From NCBI GenBank assembly GCA_965240325.2, contig OZ251233.1, positions 2,289,177-2,353,176 of the forward strand: 64,000 nucleotides of DNA, read 5' to 3'. Within the stretch, counting starts at the first letter, position 1. Every line of letters starts with the position of its first letter. The position numbers were made by a program, and so were the translations under genes. Below are positions 33,878 through 46,216 of this stretch, one piece after another. Under the pieces are notes generated by a model that ran no database searches, was not told where the DNA came from, and worked only from the letters and a program-made list of their open reading frames with translations. Source of the stretch: Rebecca billardiae RCC1528 (Eukaryota > Protista > Haptophyta).

Positions 33878-35207
33878 TTAACGACGTGGCAGCATCGGAC
33901 AAGCGTCAGGCTCAGAGTGCAACAGACACATAGAATGCGTCCGCGCCTTCCGTCCAGGTCAGACAGTGCGCCACCCGCAGCCCTGCCCCCCTACGGGAGC
34001 GGGGCCGGGATGGAGCACCGCCTCGGCCTGGGGCACGCGGCGGCGACGGCAGATGCCGCCGCGGCCGAGCGCCTTCCGGAGCACTTGGATGAGGGTGAGG
34101 TCGTAGTCGATGTCGCCGCCCGCCGACCTAGCGGCGAGCAGCTCCGGCAAGCGGCAGCCGCGGCTGTCGCCCCCGTGCGCCCGCGTGGGCGCCTGGATGA
34201 GGATGAGGTCGTAGTACGCGTCGCCGCGCGCCGGCCAAGCGGCGCGCAGCTGCAGAAGAGGGGCTTGGAGAGTGAGCGCGCCGCCTAGCGCGCTCTGGGC
34301 GATGAAGCAGATGAGGTGGTAGTCGATGTCGCAGCCCAGCCCGCCGGCGGGCTGCTGCAGATGCAGTGCTTGATGCTGGGGAACCTGGCCCCTGGGCGCG
34401 TCACACCCCGCACCCCCTGCTCCACCTAGGGTGGAGCGAAGGGCACGGAGGAGGCCAGCGCCAAGGGCCAGATGGGTGCAGCGGCGTCCACCTGCTGCAT
34501 CGCCCCCCTAGGCGATGCAGCCGGCGGCCGGCTGGAGAAAGAGGGTGCCAGTGCCTATCCCGGACCCGCTGCGTGTGGTTGATCTCCGCGTGCACGTGCC
34601 AGCGCAGAGCAGTCGAATCGAACGTCGCGGGGTCAGCTGGCGACCCGCGCGCTCGGCCCGCCCGCCGCGAGACACTCCTGGCGGTGCCCCACCGAGTCCC
34701 CGGGAAGGGGGAGCCGGCCGAGGGCCCGTCGGCCGCCGAAGCGACCGGCTGAGCCGGGACAACCTGAAGGGCGCGTGGGGAAAGGCGGCATGCCTCGTCG
34801 CAGGTCCGTGCCCAGTTGCTGTTGGCAATGAACGATGGCAGAACCCGGCCCCACGCGCACGCATCCATGGAGGCTCGCAGGCAGGCAGGCCGAGCGCGCT
34901 GGCCGCGCTCGTGCCGCCACCCACGCCGCGTCCGACTGGCTCTGCGAGGGCCAGCGCGTGCGCACGAAGGGAGGAAGAAGTGGTCGTAGAGGTCGTAGAA
35001 CTAGTCGTAGTCATGTCGCAGCCAAGCATGAAGCAGGAGTGCCGCGAGGCCGACGAGCGCGCAGGAGATTGCCGAAGATGAGCATGGGGGAGCACCACAG
35101 GCATGCGGCCCCCGCCCCACCAGCCCCGTGTGCTTCGCACCCGGGGCCAGCGAGCGGGGCGGGGGCCGCGTCGGCGGGCACCATCGCGACGTCGCCAAGG
35201 CGTGAGT
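33878..35207 (-). mobile_element. Putative second insertion sharing the 12-bp 3' terminus of the CRE-like element
   Basis: Starts TTAACGACGTGG after a TA run, then diverges. Ends at (TA)n 35211. Three internal ~110-bp degenerate repeats at ~34087, 34195 and 34301. Confidence 0.5.
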
Positions 35208-35253
<46 letters not shown>

Positions 35254-35626
35254 TACTGAAACTCTCACGTCCGTACGCCGGTCTTGTCGTCGTTAAATCG
35301 ATCGAATATCATCATAGAATAATAATAATAATAATAATATATGGGTCTAGCAGTTACAACGCTAGGTCTAGTACAATCAGGAGACCCGCGTCGTCCTACC
35401 TGTGTCGTTAAATCATAGAATGAGTCAATCAATGAGTACGTACGCATAGCACGGCGCCCGGTCTCAGTCCGGGCAGTCCGCGGCGCCCGCCGCCGCGCTG
35501 GCGCGCTGCCGAGCGGCTCGAGCGCGGCCGAGGCATCGGTGATCGGAGTGTCCGCGTTGCCGCCGCCACGTCACTCGACACTCGTCAGCTCAGACAGTAG
35601 ACACTAGACAGTGGCACGCGCTGCTG

Positions 35627-36634
35627 CTAGGTGGCAGCGGCGGGCGGTGGCGAGACCAGCGGCTGCGAGCAGGTCGGCGGCGTGTCCGCGGGCTGGGAGC
35701 AGGACTGCGGCGAGACCGACGGCGGCGAGACCCCCGGCTGCGAGCAGGTGGGCGGCGTGGCCTCGGGCTGGGCGCACGGCTGCGGCGTGAACGACGAGGG
35801 GGCGGCGCGCGCGGGCGAGCCGCCCCGCTGCGACGAGCACGCGGACACGGGCGAGATGCCGGGCGCGAGCGCCGAGCTCGGGCGGCGCGGCTGGGAGGGC
35901 AAGCTCGACCGGCGCGCCGTCCCCGGCGACGCCGTGCTCCCCCGGCGCGACGGCGACGCCAGGCTCCCCCGGCGCGACACGACGCTGCCCCGGCGCGAGG
36001 CGGAGGGCGAGAAGAGCTGCCGCAGCTCGAGCCAGCGCACGGTCGAGATCTGCTCGTCCACGCCCACCGTGTGCACCTCGTGCGCGAGGATGACGTTGAG
36101 CCGGGCGAAGCGCGGCGCGAACTCCTCCTCGATCGCGTTGAGCCACTTCTCCTCGCGCTGCTCGAGCTGCACCACCTCGGGCACGGCGAGGCCGAGCGCG
36201 AGCGCGGCGAGCAGCAGCGCGCCCACAAACTTGGTCACGCTCGGCGTGTCGCGGAAGTGCTCGGGCAGCAGCACGGTGAGGGCGAGGACGAGCGCGACGA
36301 TGGAGACGAGGAGCAGCGTCGCGGCGCGCGGCACCGACCACTTGATCGACGGCGGCACGTCGGCGACCGCCTGCACAAAGTCGCGCCAGCCCTCGTCGTC
36401 GAGCGCGCCGCCCAGCACGTCGGACGCGGCGCTGGGCGGCGGCGCGAAGCCCGGGTCGGGGACGTACCGCGCGCACGGGCCGGTGTACCGCCGCCCCGTC
36501 CGCTTGTACACCAGGCGCATCCACTCCTTGCTGCCCAGCGGCGACGCCTCCTCCAGCTCGGCGAGCGTGTTGTACCGCGGCGGCCTCGCCATCACGAACG
36601 CCTGCCCGCCCGACGCGCGGTCTCGCTCGCCCAT
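35627..36634 (-). CDS. Two-TM membrane protein with Ser/Pro-rich tail (weak Erf4/golgin-A7-like resemblance)
   Basis: Two hydrophobic helices flanked by LDDEGWRDFVQAV and WLNAIEEEFAPRF...RWLEL. Divergent from the next gene. Confidence 0.6.
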   Translation of the reverse strand: MGERDRASGGQAFVMARPPRYNTLAELEEASPLGSKEWMRLVYKRTGRRYTGPCARYVPDPGFAPPPSAASDVLGGALDDEGWRDFVQAVADVPPSIKWSVPRAATLLLVSIVALVLALTVLLPEHFRDTPSVTKFVGALLLAALALGLAVPEVVQLEQREEKWLNAIEEEFAPRFARLNVILAHEVHTVGVDEQISTVRWLELRQLFSPSASRRGSVVSRRGSLASPSRRGSTASPGTARRSSLPSQPRRPSSALAPGISPVSACSSQRGGSPARAAPSSFTPQPCAQPEATPPTCSQPGVSPPSVSPQSCSQPADTPPTCSQPLVSPPPAAAT

Positions 36635-36732
36635 AAGTACAATAATCAATCCTGATCGGCAGGACGTCTGGAAGCGCCCGGACCTTCTTGTGGCGGCTGG
36701 TGAGCAGGCATGGCGGCGCTTGCCGGCAGCCC

Positions 36733-38122
36733 ATGACCGCCGCTGACCGAGCGCGGCCGGCGCCGGCGCCGGCGCTCGCGGCGCCCGTCGTGAGCCTCGA
36801 GGAGTTCGTGCGCGAGGACGAGCTCGCCGCCCCCGAGCCGAGCGCCGCCGACGGCCTCGCGCCGCCGCCCGCGCTCGTCGCCGCGACGGTCGCGTGCGCC
36901 GCGCACGCGGCGCGCTACCCGGCACTCGTCGACGCGTGCGCGCCCGCGGCGTTCGCGCGGCTCACGCTCGAGGCGGTGCGCGCGGCGTTCTGGTGGGCGC
37001 CCGACGCCGCGCTCGAGCCGCTCGACGCCGCGCTCGCCGACGCGCGCGCCGCGCACTGCGAGAGCGCGGAGGGCCAGCTCGCCGACCTGCGCGTCGCGAG
37101 CGCCGACCTCGAGGCGCGGCTGGGCTCGCTGCACGGCGCGGGGACGCAGGGCGGCGTGGACGGCGAGGAGCTGCGCTGGGCGCTGCGCCGCCTCGCCGCG
37201 CGCCGCGCCGCGCTCGCGCCGCTCCCCGCGTCGCCGCCGCCGCCGCCGCCGGGCGGCGCGGCGTCGCGCGCCGCGTCCACCGCCGCCGCGCCGCAGCTCG
37301 GCGGCGCGGCGCTCGCGCAGCCGGCGGCGCACGCCCCGCCGGCGGCGCAGGCGGTCATCGCGGCGAGCGCGTGGCCGGTGGGCGAGTCCTCGGCCGCGCT
37401 CGTCGGCGGCGGCCGCCGGCGCGCGCGCCGGCTGCTCGCCGCGCGCGGCCGGCGGCCGAGCGGCGGCGAGCGCAGCTGGAGCGGAGCCGGACCTGCACCC
37501 GGACCCGGACCCGGACCCGGACCCGGCGGCTTCGGGCCGCGCGGCAGCCCGCAGTGCTCGGCGTCCTCCTCGCCCGCGCGCTCGCAGCACGGCGCGCCCC
37601 AGACCGCCGCGCCGCCCTCGCCCCCGCGCGCTGCGTGCGGCGCGGTGCGCGTGGACGCGTGGCTGCTGGGAGCGGCGCAGGGCGGAGGCGCGCTGCACGC
37701 GCTGCTGCTGCGCGCGCTGCTGCTGCGCGAGGCGTGCGCGCCGCCGCCGCAGCCGCCGTCGGCGCAGCAGCGCGCGGCGGCGGCGGCGTGGCTGCTGCGC
37801 GGCGGCGCCGCCGCCGCCGTCGGCGGCGGCGCGCGCGCGCCGCCGCCGCCTCCGCCCGCGTGGTGCTGCGGCGCGGCGCGCGCGCGCGGCCCCGGCCGGC
37901 TGGGCGACGGCAGCGTGCGGCTGCTGCGCGAGCTGGCGCTGCGGTACGGCGTGCGCCCCGCGGCGGTGGCGTGCGCGCTGCTGCGCGCCGCCATCGAGCT
38001 CGCCGCCGCCTCCACCGAGCGCGCCGGCTGCGACGAGGCGGAGCGCGGCGGCGGGTGCGTGGTTGGCGCGCCGCTGCTGCTGCTGCTGCACGCGGCGGTC
38101 GGCGCGGCGCGCGCGTGCGCGC

Positions 38123-38178
<56 letters not shown>

Positions 38179-40788
38179 TCGTGCGCGTGGGTGGAGCGCC
38201 TCCTCGCGCCCGTCGGCGCGCGCGTGCCCGCGCGCGACCCCGAGGCGGGCGGGTGCGCGGAGGCGGCGGCGGAGGCGGAGGCGGAGGCGGAGGAGGCCGC
38301 GCTGAGCGCCGCGCTGCGCGAGGGCGCGCGGCTGTGCGCGGCGCGGCTGGGCGCGTACGCGACGCAGCGCCCGGCGCACGTGCGCGCGTGGGCGGCGGTG
38401 GCGCTGGCGTGCTGCGCGGCGGAGCGCGCGCCCGGCGCGCACCACCTCGCGCTCCGCGCGCCCGCCGACGCCGTGCGCGCGTGCGGCGCGCTGGTGCGCA
38501 GTGCGCTGCGCTGCGGCGCCGCCGCCGTGTGCGACGGCGCGCTGCTCGACGCGTGCGAGCGCGCGGGCGCGGGCGGCGGGGAGGAGGCGGGGTGGCGCGT
38601 GCTGCTCTCGCTGTGGGAGTGCGCGCTGCCCGCGCTCGGCGCCGCGCTCGGCGCGCTGCTGCGCGACCACGCCGCCGCGCTCGCGCGCGCGCCGCCCGCG
38701 CGCGTGTGCGCGCTCGGCGCCGCGGACGCGTGCGCGGCCGCGCTCGCAGCCGCGGACGCCGCCGGCGCAGACGGCGGCGGGCCGTGCGGCGGGCCGTACG
38801 AGCTGCGCGCGGAGAGCGCGGCGGCGCTGCGCGGCGCGCTGCGCGGCTCGCTGCGCGCGCTCGCCGCCGCGCTGCCGCCCGCCGCGCTGCGCGACGCGCG
38901 CGCGTGCGCCACGCTCGCTGCCGTGTGCGCGGCCGCGGTGAGCCTGCACCAGGCCACCGCCGCACAGGCGCCCCCGCGGCACGGCGGGGGCGCCGACGAG
39001 CGCGGCGCGCGCTCCGAGGGCGAGGCGTTCGTCTCCGAGCTGCGCGCGCTCTTCGCGCCGTGGGTGTGCGCGCACGTGGACGCGGCGTGCGCGCAGCTCA
39101 GGCGGTGGGCGGTGCGCGCGGCCGCGGCCGAGGCATTTGGGCCGCAGCAGCAGCAGCCGCAGCGGCCGCAGCGGCAGCAGCGGCCGCGCGCGGAGGAGGA
39201 GGCGGCGGCGGAGGAGGAGGAGGAGGACGCGCTCGGCGCGTACTGCGCGTGCGTCGACGACGTGGGCGTGTGGGCCCACGCGCACGTCGCCGCGCTCGCG
39301 CCGCACGCGGCCGCGCTCGGGTGCGCGGGGCTGGGCCGCGTGTGCGCCAGCCTGCGCGCGCTGCTGGCCACACCCGACGCGCAGCTGTGCGCGGCCGCGC
39401 TGCTCGAGGACGGCGCGGAGGAGGCGGAGGAGGGGCTGCCCACGCCGGGGCACCCGGGGCTGCACCCGCACGGCGCGCAGGCCGAGCTCGTGCGCGCGCA
39501 CGTGCAGCGCCGCGCCAGGCTGCAGCAGCAGCAGCAGCAGCGGCGGCAGCGGCGCGCGCCGCTCCCGCCGGCCGGCGGCGCGTGGGCGTGGCGGCGCGGC
39601 CGCGCGCGCGCCGCACCCGCCGAGGCGGGCGCGGGCGCGGGCGCGGGCGCGGTTGCGGGCGGCGCGCCCGCCGCGGAGGCGGACGCGCCCGACGCGCCCG
39701 CCGCCGGCGTGCTCCCCGCCGCCGACGTGGTGGACGCGGCGCGCGCGCGCGGGCGCGTGAGCGTGCGGCGCGCGTGCATGTACGCCGCCTCGTGCGGGCG
39801 CGCGGCCGGCCTCGCGCGCTCGCTCGCCGAGGCGGTGTGCGCGGCGGGCGGGCTGGAGGCGGAGGTGGTGGACGGCTGGCTCGAGGGCGCGTACACGGCG
39901 CTGCACGCGTCCGAGGTGCGCGTCGCGCGGCTCCTCGCCGAGCAGCTCGCCGCCACCAGCCGCGCGCTGCCGCTGCTGCGCCAGAGCGTCGCGCCGCTCG
40001 TGCACCCGACGCAAAGCCCCGCGGCCGCGCGCGCGGCGCACGAGGCCGCGGCCGCGCGGCTGCTCGGCGCGCTGGACGGCGCGCTCGCCGAGTTCGCCGC
40101 GGGGCGCGCGGGGCGCGCGTGCGAGCGGCTCGTCGTGGGCCACCTCTGGGCCGACGCGCTGCTGCCGCAGCTGCTGCGCCTCGCGCGCGACCCGACGCGC
40201 GCGCTGCCGAGCGCGCGCCGGCCGCGGCCGCAGCCGCGCGCCGCCGGGGGCGCAGAGGCCGACGCGGCCGAGGAGGCGGAGGAGGCGGAGGCGGAGGAGG
40301 AGGAGGCGGAGGAGGCGGAGGGCGCGTGCCTCGCGCCGCCGCGGTACGTCGCGCCGAGCGCCGAGAGCGCGCGCGCGCTGCGCTGCGTGGAGGCTTTGCT
40401 GAGCGCGCTGCTGGAGCTGCTGCACTGCGGCGGCAGGGGCGCGCCCAGGGCGCACCTGCACGCGCGCGCGCGCCCGCTGGCCGCCTTCCTGGCGGCGGCG
40501 AGGGCGCCCACGGCCGAGCTCGCCGCGCTGCTGCTGGGCGCCGACGCGCCCGCCGGCGCGCGCGCCGACGCGCTGCGGCTGCTCGCGATGCGCGCCGACG
40601 ACGCCGACGCCGTGTCCGCGGTGCAGCGCGCGCTCGTCCGCAGCGGCGGCGCAGCCGGAGGCTCGGCGCCCGGCAGCCGCGCGCACAGCCGCCGCCCCTC
40701 GCTGCCGCCCGCGCCGTGGCGCGGCGGCGCCGCGGACGAGCACGCCGCCGCGCGCGCCAGCAGCCACGCCACGGCCGCGGGGCGCTGA
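36733..40788 (+). CDS. Large Ala-rich helical protein with Munc13-homology (MUN/MHD2)-like C-terminus
   Basis: LLRELALRYGV, then LLGALDGAL...HLWADALL...LLELLHCGGRGAP...PTAELAALL...LRLLAMRADDADA, matching the MHD2 pattern. Confidence 0.6.
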
Positions 40789-42042
40789 CGGCCACGCGCG
40801 ACGGCCCGCCACGCGCCCGCCGGGCCGATCGATGGCATCGTCCACGGTTGGTGATGATCACGCCGGCCTCCGGACGGCTCACACTGTCTCACAGTCTGAA
40901 GTCGCGTGCCGCTGACGCAGTCCGCTCGCAGCCGGCGCAGGTCATCCCGCCAGATGAGTTTTCCCAGACTGTGCCCGTGGCGGGGATGGCTACATGCCAC
41001 GACGCACCGCCGCGCCGTATATATACGTCCGGATGATATATATACAGCATATATATGACCGCGTTCCGCGGTCCTTCCGTAGAACCAACGTAGTTAGGGG
41101 CCCGCGGTGCACCCTCCGTCGGCTGCTGTCTCAGTCTGGTCAACATGGCGGGCCGATGAGGACTGTCGCCGCGGGCCCGCGCGAAGAAGTACGGACGGCG
41201 GCCGGGGCAGCGGCGCGCGCGCGCAGGGCGAGCCTGCCTTGAGGTGCTCGCGCTGCGCCACGCGCTCGACGACGGGCCGCTGGTCGCTCAGCCGGCGCGC
41301 CTCGTGCCTGCGGCAGAGCGAGAGCGCGCACCACTCTGCTGGCCCCACCCCCAGCGGCCCCAGCCTGCGCTCACGGCGCTGCGCAGCCGCGCACCGAGAG
41401 GCGAGACCGAGCGGAGCTCGGGGTGGAACGAGGCGAGCGGCGGGTCGCGCCTGCCGCCGCGCGTGCGCGCCTGCTCCACCGCGCCACCGTGCTCGCCCGC
41501 CGCCTCCTCCGCCGCGTCGGCCTCGAAGCCACGGCGGCGGCCAGCCAGCCTCCGACCGAGGTGGAGCCCGTGCGTGCTCACTCACCCGGCGCGGTGGCGC
41601 CCTCGAGTCGACGGCCGTCTACTCCACAGCTGGCTGCTCGAGCTGCTGCACGGGGCGTCGCGACGAGGGCGCCGCGCGCGCCCAGCGCGTCCGTCGCCGC
41701 GTCGCGCAGCGCGTCGAGCTCGGCGCCGCGCTTCGCCAGCTCGGCGCCCAGCGCCTCCGTGCGCACTCGTGCTCATTCGATTGTCGTCATCGCGCTCGTC
41801 GGCTCCGTGGCGAGCCCGCGGGGCGGACGGGCGGACTACTGCGCGCCGCAGCAGGAGCAGCGCGCGGCGCGCAGCGCTCCGCGCGCAGCAGGGCCGTCTC
41901 CTCATCCACCGAGTGCACGGCCTGCGCGGCGGCGACGGCGGCGCGCGCCGCCGCGGGGGGACGCAAGCGCTGCGGGCCGAGATGAGTCCGGCCGCCGAGC
42001 CGCGGTGGCGGCGTCGGCGTGCGCGCCGGGAAAATAATGCAA

Positions 42043-44080
42043 CACAGTAAAGAAATCGATTTTCGGCGTTACCGTAACCCGTCCGCACTTCCGCCCAGTG
42101 GGGATGCGCTGGAATTTTTTTCATGCCCCGTTCGCGGCACTTCGCGCCGCGCACAGTGGAGAAAGATCGGGCCGGAAGCCGTTTGAGCATGGTCGGTCGT
42201 GCGCACGCCCATTCGAATCGATGGCGCGCTCCGAGCGGCGGGCGTGCGCGTATGACTGCCGCGAGGGGGGCTGCGAGGCGTCGGCCGGCTTGCCAAGGCG
42301 GTTCCCTGGGGCGGCGTCACCCTCCCCCGCCCCTCCTCGCCCACCCTCGCTCCACGGGCGGCCACACGTGACCTGTTGAGATGAGTTCACGGGGGCCGCG
42401 CGGCACGCGCGCGGAGAGGCGAGGAAGTGGTGTTTCGCGGAAAAACGTTCTGTAGCATTGTGCCCAACCCATGTGGGCACCCGCTCCACAAGTTTGTACG
42501 CCGCCAAACCGCACACAGCGGCCTGAGCAGCTCCCAGACTGACTTTCGCTCTTGAAGCCTGTTTTGGGGCCAGATCTTGGTGTGGATGTAGCGCGGCGAG
42601 GAGGCGCCGGGCGCGCGCCCGAGCTGCGTGCTGCCACTCGCCATAACCCATAGACATCGTCCGTCGCGAACGACCCGGCTCGCCTCGACCTCTCCGACCC
42701 GCCGGGCAGCCACGACCGAGCGCGCAGCCAACGGTGTCCAAACAGAGGCTTCTCAGACCGCGTGGGATGGGCATAGGCGCGAGAGAGGGCGCCCAGCGCG
42801 CTCTTGAGATGCACAGGAGCACGCACTGATGCGCATGGAACCATCCCATCACGATCGCCCCGACCTGGCGCGCCCTATCTGGCCCGTCAGGCTGCCCGCG
42901 CCGCCGCCGCCGGGCCGCGCCGCCGCCACAGGCGCCGCCGCACCGCGGGCACATGGGTAAGTCCGTATTCAACAAATACAGAATTTCCGGTGCGGCCCTC
43001 TTTTGGGCGGCAAGGTCGGTCTGGTCGACACCTGCCGCGCGGCATGGGCCACGGCGCGGCGAGGTGGCGGCTGGCGCACCGCGGCGTGGGCGGGATGGCT
43101 CGAGGACACCACCGCCCCGCCTCCCACGCCGCGCCGTGCGCGTGCGCCGTGCTCTCGTCGCGTACCGAATTTCCTGCGGCGAGCGACGTCCAACAGCGCG
43201 ACCATGCCATCGCGCGACGAGGTGCGTTCAGCTCGGCGATTTGTCGTATTTGTTGAATACATGCGGGTACGAATCGGCCGCAAGATGGCCTCGACGTACA
43301 CGTCGAGAGCCACGCGCGCGGTGTGGAGTGGCACGCGACGCGGAGAGGGCGGGTGCGGTGCCGCGGGCGCGCGACTGGTCTAGAACATCCCAATGAAGCG
43401 CGGGACGGCGCTGCGCGCGCGCCTGTGCTCGCCGCCGTCTCCTCGCAGTCGAAAATATCTGTGCACCCTTCTGTCTGGCTAGTCGACCGGCCGGCACGCG
43501 GCACGCGAGCAGTGTGTGTGGGGAGGAATGTGACATGGCAGGCTGTGGCGAGGTGGATGGCCGTGCAGGTCTACGCTAGGAAGGGCCGCTCCCGCGCTCG
43601 CGTGGTGCCTCGCGCACGCCTCGTCGAGGACGAGCGTGTTTGAATGGCTCCGGAGAAGGCTTACGATCGCTCGTTGATGGGCAGCGCGCGACACGTGCAC
43701 ACGACGAAGGTGACGACCAGGCACTCCGGCGAGGGCGGCTGTGCTGGTAGCAGACTGCATTCGGAGTAAGATGCGCCATCTTACGCGCCGCTTCGCCTCG
43801 CTGCATCGCCGCACTGAGCAGCAGGGCTCCACGCTCACGAATGGCTCACCACGAGCTACGTGACCGGCCAGCCGCGTGCAACCCGGCGAGGCAGAGAGGG
43901 GCGGAGGGATGGGGAGGCTGGGTGGGATGTTGCAGTCCCATGCCCGGGGCACTCGCCAGGCGCCTGCGCGACCACCGTAGCGCCGTCTGTGCGCTCGTGC
44001 GGCCCGCGCGAGAAATTCCCCGAAAATCGGCTCGTGTCGGACGGGTTACGGTAACGATAATCCCGTTTTTGTTCACTGTG
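42043..44080. mobile_element. Non-autonomous CACTA/EnSpm-like element, 2.04 kb (second family)
   Basis: Left CACAGTAAAG...CGTTACCGTAACCCGTCCG; right end reverse complement CACAGTGAAC...CGTTACCGTAACCCGTCCG. 2-bp AA direct repeat. Confidence 0.8.
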
Positions 44081-44866
44081 AAACCGGCAAACAGCGCGCT
44101 CGGTACGCCGACATGCAGTTTGAAACAGTCGTAGTATATGACCCATGCACATGCACTTTGTCAAAACAATACGGCCCTTGGACCGGCGACCAAGTTTTCA
44201 ATAGCGTCGATGACACGATGACTAAACTTTACTGACAAAGTGACGGCCAGCGGCCTTCGATCTTTCTTATTACTCACGTCCGGGCGCGCCTATTTCGTCA
44301 ACCGCATCTTGCGATAGAGATTGCTATCTACCCCTCGAAAAAGCGAAAACTCACCCTCCAACAACCGTAAAAATCGTCCCCCGTCCCCTTTTCTTTGATC
44401 AAAAGATCTTTTTGACAACGTAGTGAGGGCCCCCGGCGGGGCTCCACGCTACGCGCTCCGCCCTGCACCGCGGGCCATCATCGTCATCATCGATCATCAG
44501 CCGCGCGGCCGCGTAGCGCGTCGTCGCGCGTCGTATCTACTGTCACCAGCAGGCGCGTATCATGGCGCGCCGTCGCTGTCGTCGGTCTCCTCGTCGAGCT
44601 GAGGCTCGAGTCGTCGTCGCGCCTGCTCCGAAGCCATACGCCCATAGGCGGACGAGTGAAGCGGTGTCACTATCTGACGACGACGATAATAGATCGATCG
44701 AGCGCACGCAGCATCGCGCAGCAGCAGTCATATCGTACGCCGCCACGCGCGCGTGACGAACCCTGATCGCGCGCATCGAGCAGCGTGTAGTCATCGCTGC
44801 TGCTGAGTGCCGCCGTGCGGCTCAGCGCATGACAGCCGGGCGGGCCGCGCGGGGCGCGGCTCGGAC

Positions 44867-46015
44867 TCACAGCAGCGCGCCGCGCGCCGCGCGTGCCGCG
44901 CGCGCGCGTCGGACCGCGCTGAGCGCGCCGAGGCCGAGCGCGGCCGCCACGAGCGCAGCCGCAGCGGCCGAGCGCGCCCGCGGCGGCGGCGGCTGCGCGG
45001 CGCGCTCGTCGTCGTCGGCTCGCAGGCCGCCGTGCGCGTGCGCGCAGAGGCCGCACGTGTGCGGGCACGTGGCGCGCACGCGCGCGCCGTGCTCGGTGGC
45101 GGCGGCGCACGGGCCGCGGCCCGCGAGCTTGTGGCAGCGGTGCCGGTCGCGCTTGTGCTGCGCGCACGCGGCGGGCAGCGGCTGGCCCGCGCTGCCCAGC
45201 GGCTGGCTGTGCGCCAGCGCGGGTGGCGGGGGCGCCGGGGGCCGAGCCCCCCCCTCCTCCTCTGCGCCAAGGCCGGGCGTGTAGCCGGGCGTGTAGCCGT
45301 TCGGGCAGCGGCGGCAGCCGAGCTTGCCGCGCCCCGCGCTGACGGCCTCGTAGCCCGGCCAGCACACGCAGCGGTACGAGCGGAAGCGCCCGTCGGCCAC
45401 CTCGCCGCAGTACGCGTGCAGCGCGGCGGGGCACGCCCAGGGCGTCCGGCTGCCAGCCCACACGGGGTGGCACGGCCTGACACGCGCAAAGCAGCACGGC
45501 GGCGCGGCGCGGCGCGGCGCGGCGGGCGGTGGGCGGGCGGGCGGCGGTGGCGCGGGCGCGCGCGCGCGCGGTGGCGCCGGCGAGTCGCGCGCGCACTGCG
45601 TGGTGGTGCGCAGGCTCACGCTCTGCGGCGAGAAGACCCAGTCGTCGCCGCGGCACGGCACGGAGCTCCACGAGCCAGGCGGCGGCGAGGGCGGCGGCGA
45701 GGGCGGCGGGGGCGGCGCGCGGCGCGAGCAGCAGTACGGCGTGATGTCAAAGGCCGTCGTCACCGTGGCCTGGCCGCTCGCGCACGACCTGCTCGGCCAG
45801 GCCGGCTGCGCGCAGTCCCACGCGCCCTGCAGCGTGCACGTGCCCCACACGTCGAACCGGCCGGGCGGCGTGAAGAGCACGCCCGGGAGCGAGCTGGGGC
45901 AGCCGGCGGCGTTGACCTGCGCGAACGTGCGGTTCGTCTGCACCGACGCCAGCTCGAGCTGACTCCCCTTGGCCGACGACAGCGCGGCGAGCGCGGCGAG
46001 CGCGGCGAGGGCCAT
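44867..46015 (-). CDS. Cys-rich cell-surface protein with EGF-like and ShKT domains and hydrophobic C-terminus
   Basis: Signal peptide, SPPP linker, CVCWPGY, and ShKT C...C..LA..G.C...CPHTCGLC. Probable in-frame intron 45477-45596. Confidence 0.75.
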   Translation of the reverse strand: MALAALAALAALSSAKGSQLELASVQTNRTFAQVNAAGCPSSLPGVLFTPPGRFDVWGTCTLQGAWDCAQPAWPSRSCASGQATVTTAFDITPYCCSRRAPPPPPSPPPSPPPGSWSSVPCRGDDWVFSPQSVSLRTTTQCARDSPAPPRARAPAPPPPARPPPAAPRRAAPPCCFARVRPCHPVWAGSRTPWACPAALHAYCGEVADGRFRSYRCVCWPGYEAVSAGRGKLGCRRCPNGYTPGYTPGLGAEEEGGARPPAPPPPALAHSQPLGSAGQPLPAACAQHKRDRHRCHKLAGRGPCAAATEHGARVRATCPHTCGLCAHAHGGLRADDDERAAQPPPPRARSAAAAALVAAALGLGALSAVRRARAARAARGALL

Positions 46016-46216
46016 CTGGCGCTGCTGCTTGGAACTCGCGTCCGCCCGCGGCTCGCATTTCCGACCCGGACGGCCGCCCGCCGGCCTCTCCCCGTCACGA
46101 ACGGTCGTCAAGCCCGCGTTCGTCAGCTGCAAGTAGACTATTAGTAGTAGAACGTCTAGAACGAAGTAAGTCGTCAGCGCGACGTGAGTAGTGCCACAGG
46201 ATTATACAGCATGGCA

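Noticed and set aside
36646-41036. Several >1300-aa overlapping ORFs, and similar ones at 3091-6648 and 16656-19949
   Set aside because: Arg/Gly/Ala-rich shadow frames caused by stop-codon scarcity at very high GC; only one frame per locus carries recognisable motifs.
41100-41990. Coiled-coil-like minus-strand fragments
   Set aside because: No coherent exon structure could be built; may be a decayed gene next to the 42043 element.
44063-44080. Right TIR reads CACAGTG-A-ACAAAAACG, resembling a V(D)J RSS heptamer plus nonamer (Transib/RAG-like)
   Set aside because: The spacer is 1 bp rather than 12/23, the TSD is 2 bp rather than 5, the left end differs, and CAC(A/T)G plus an A-run is ordinary for CACTA/EnSpm ends.
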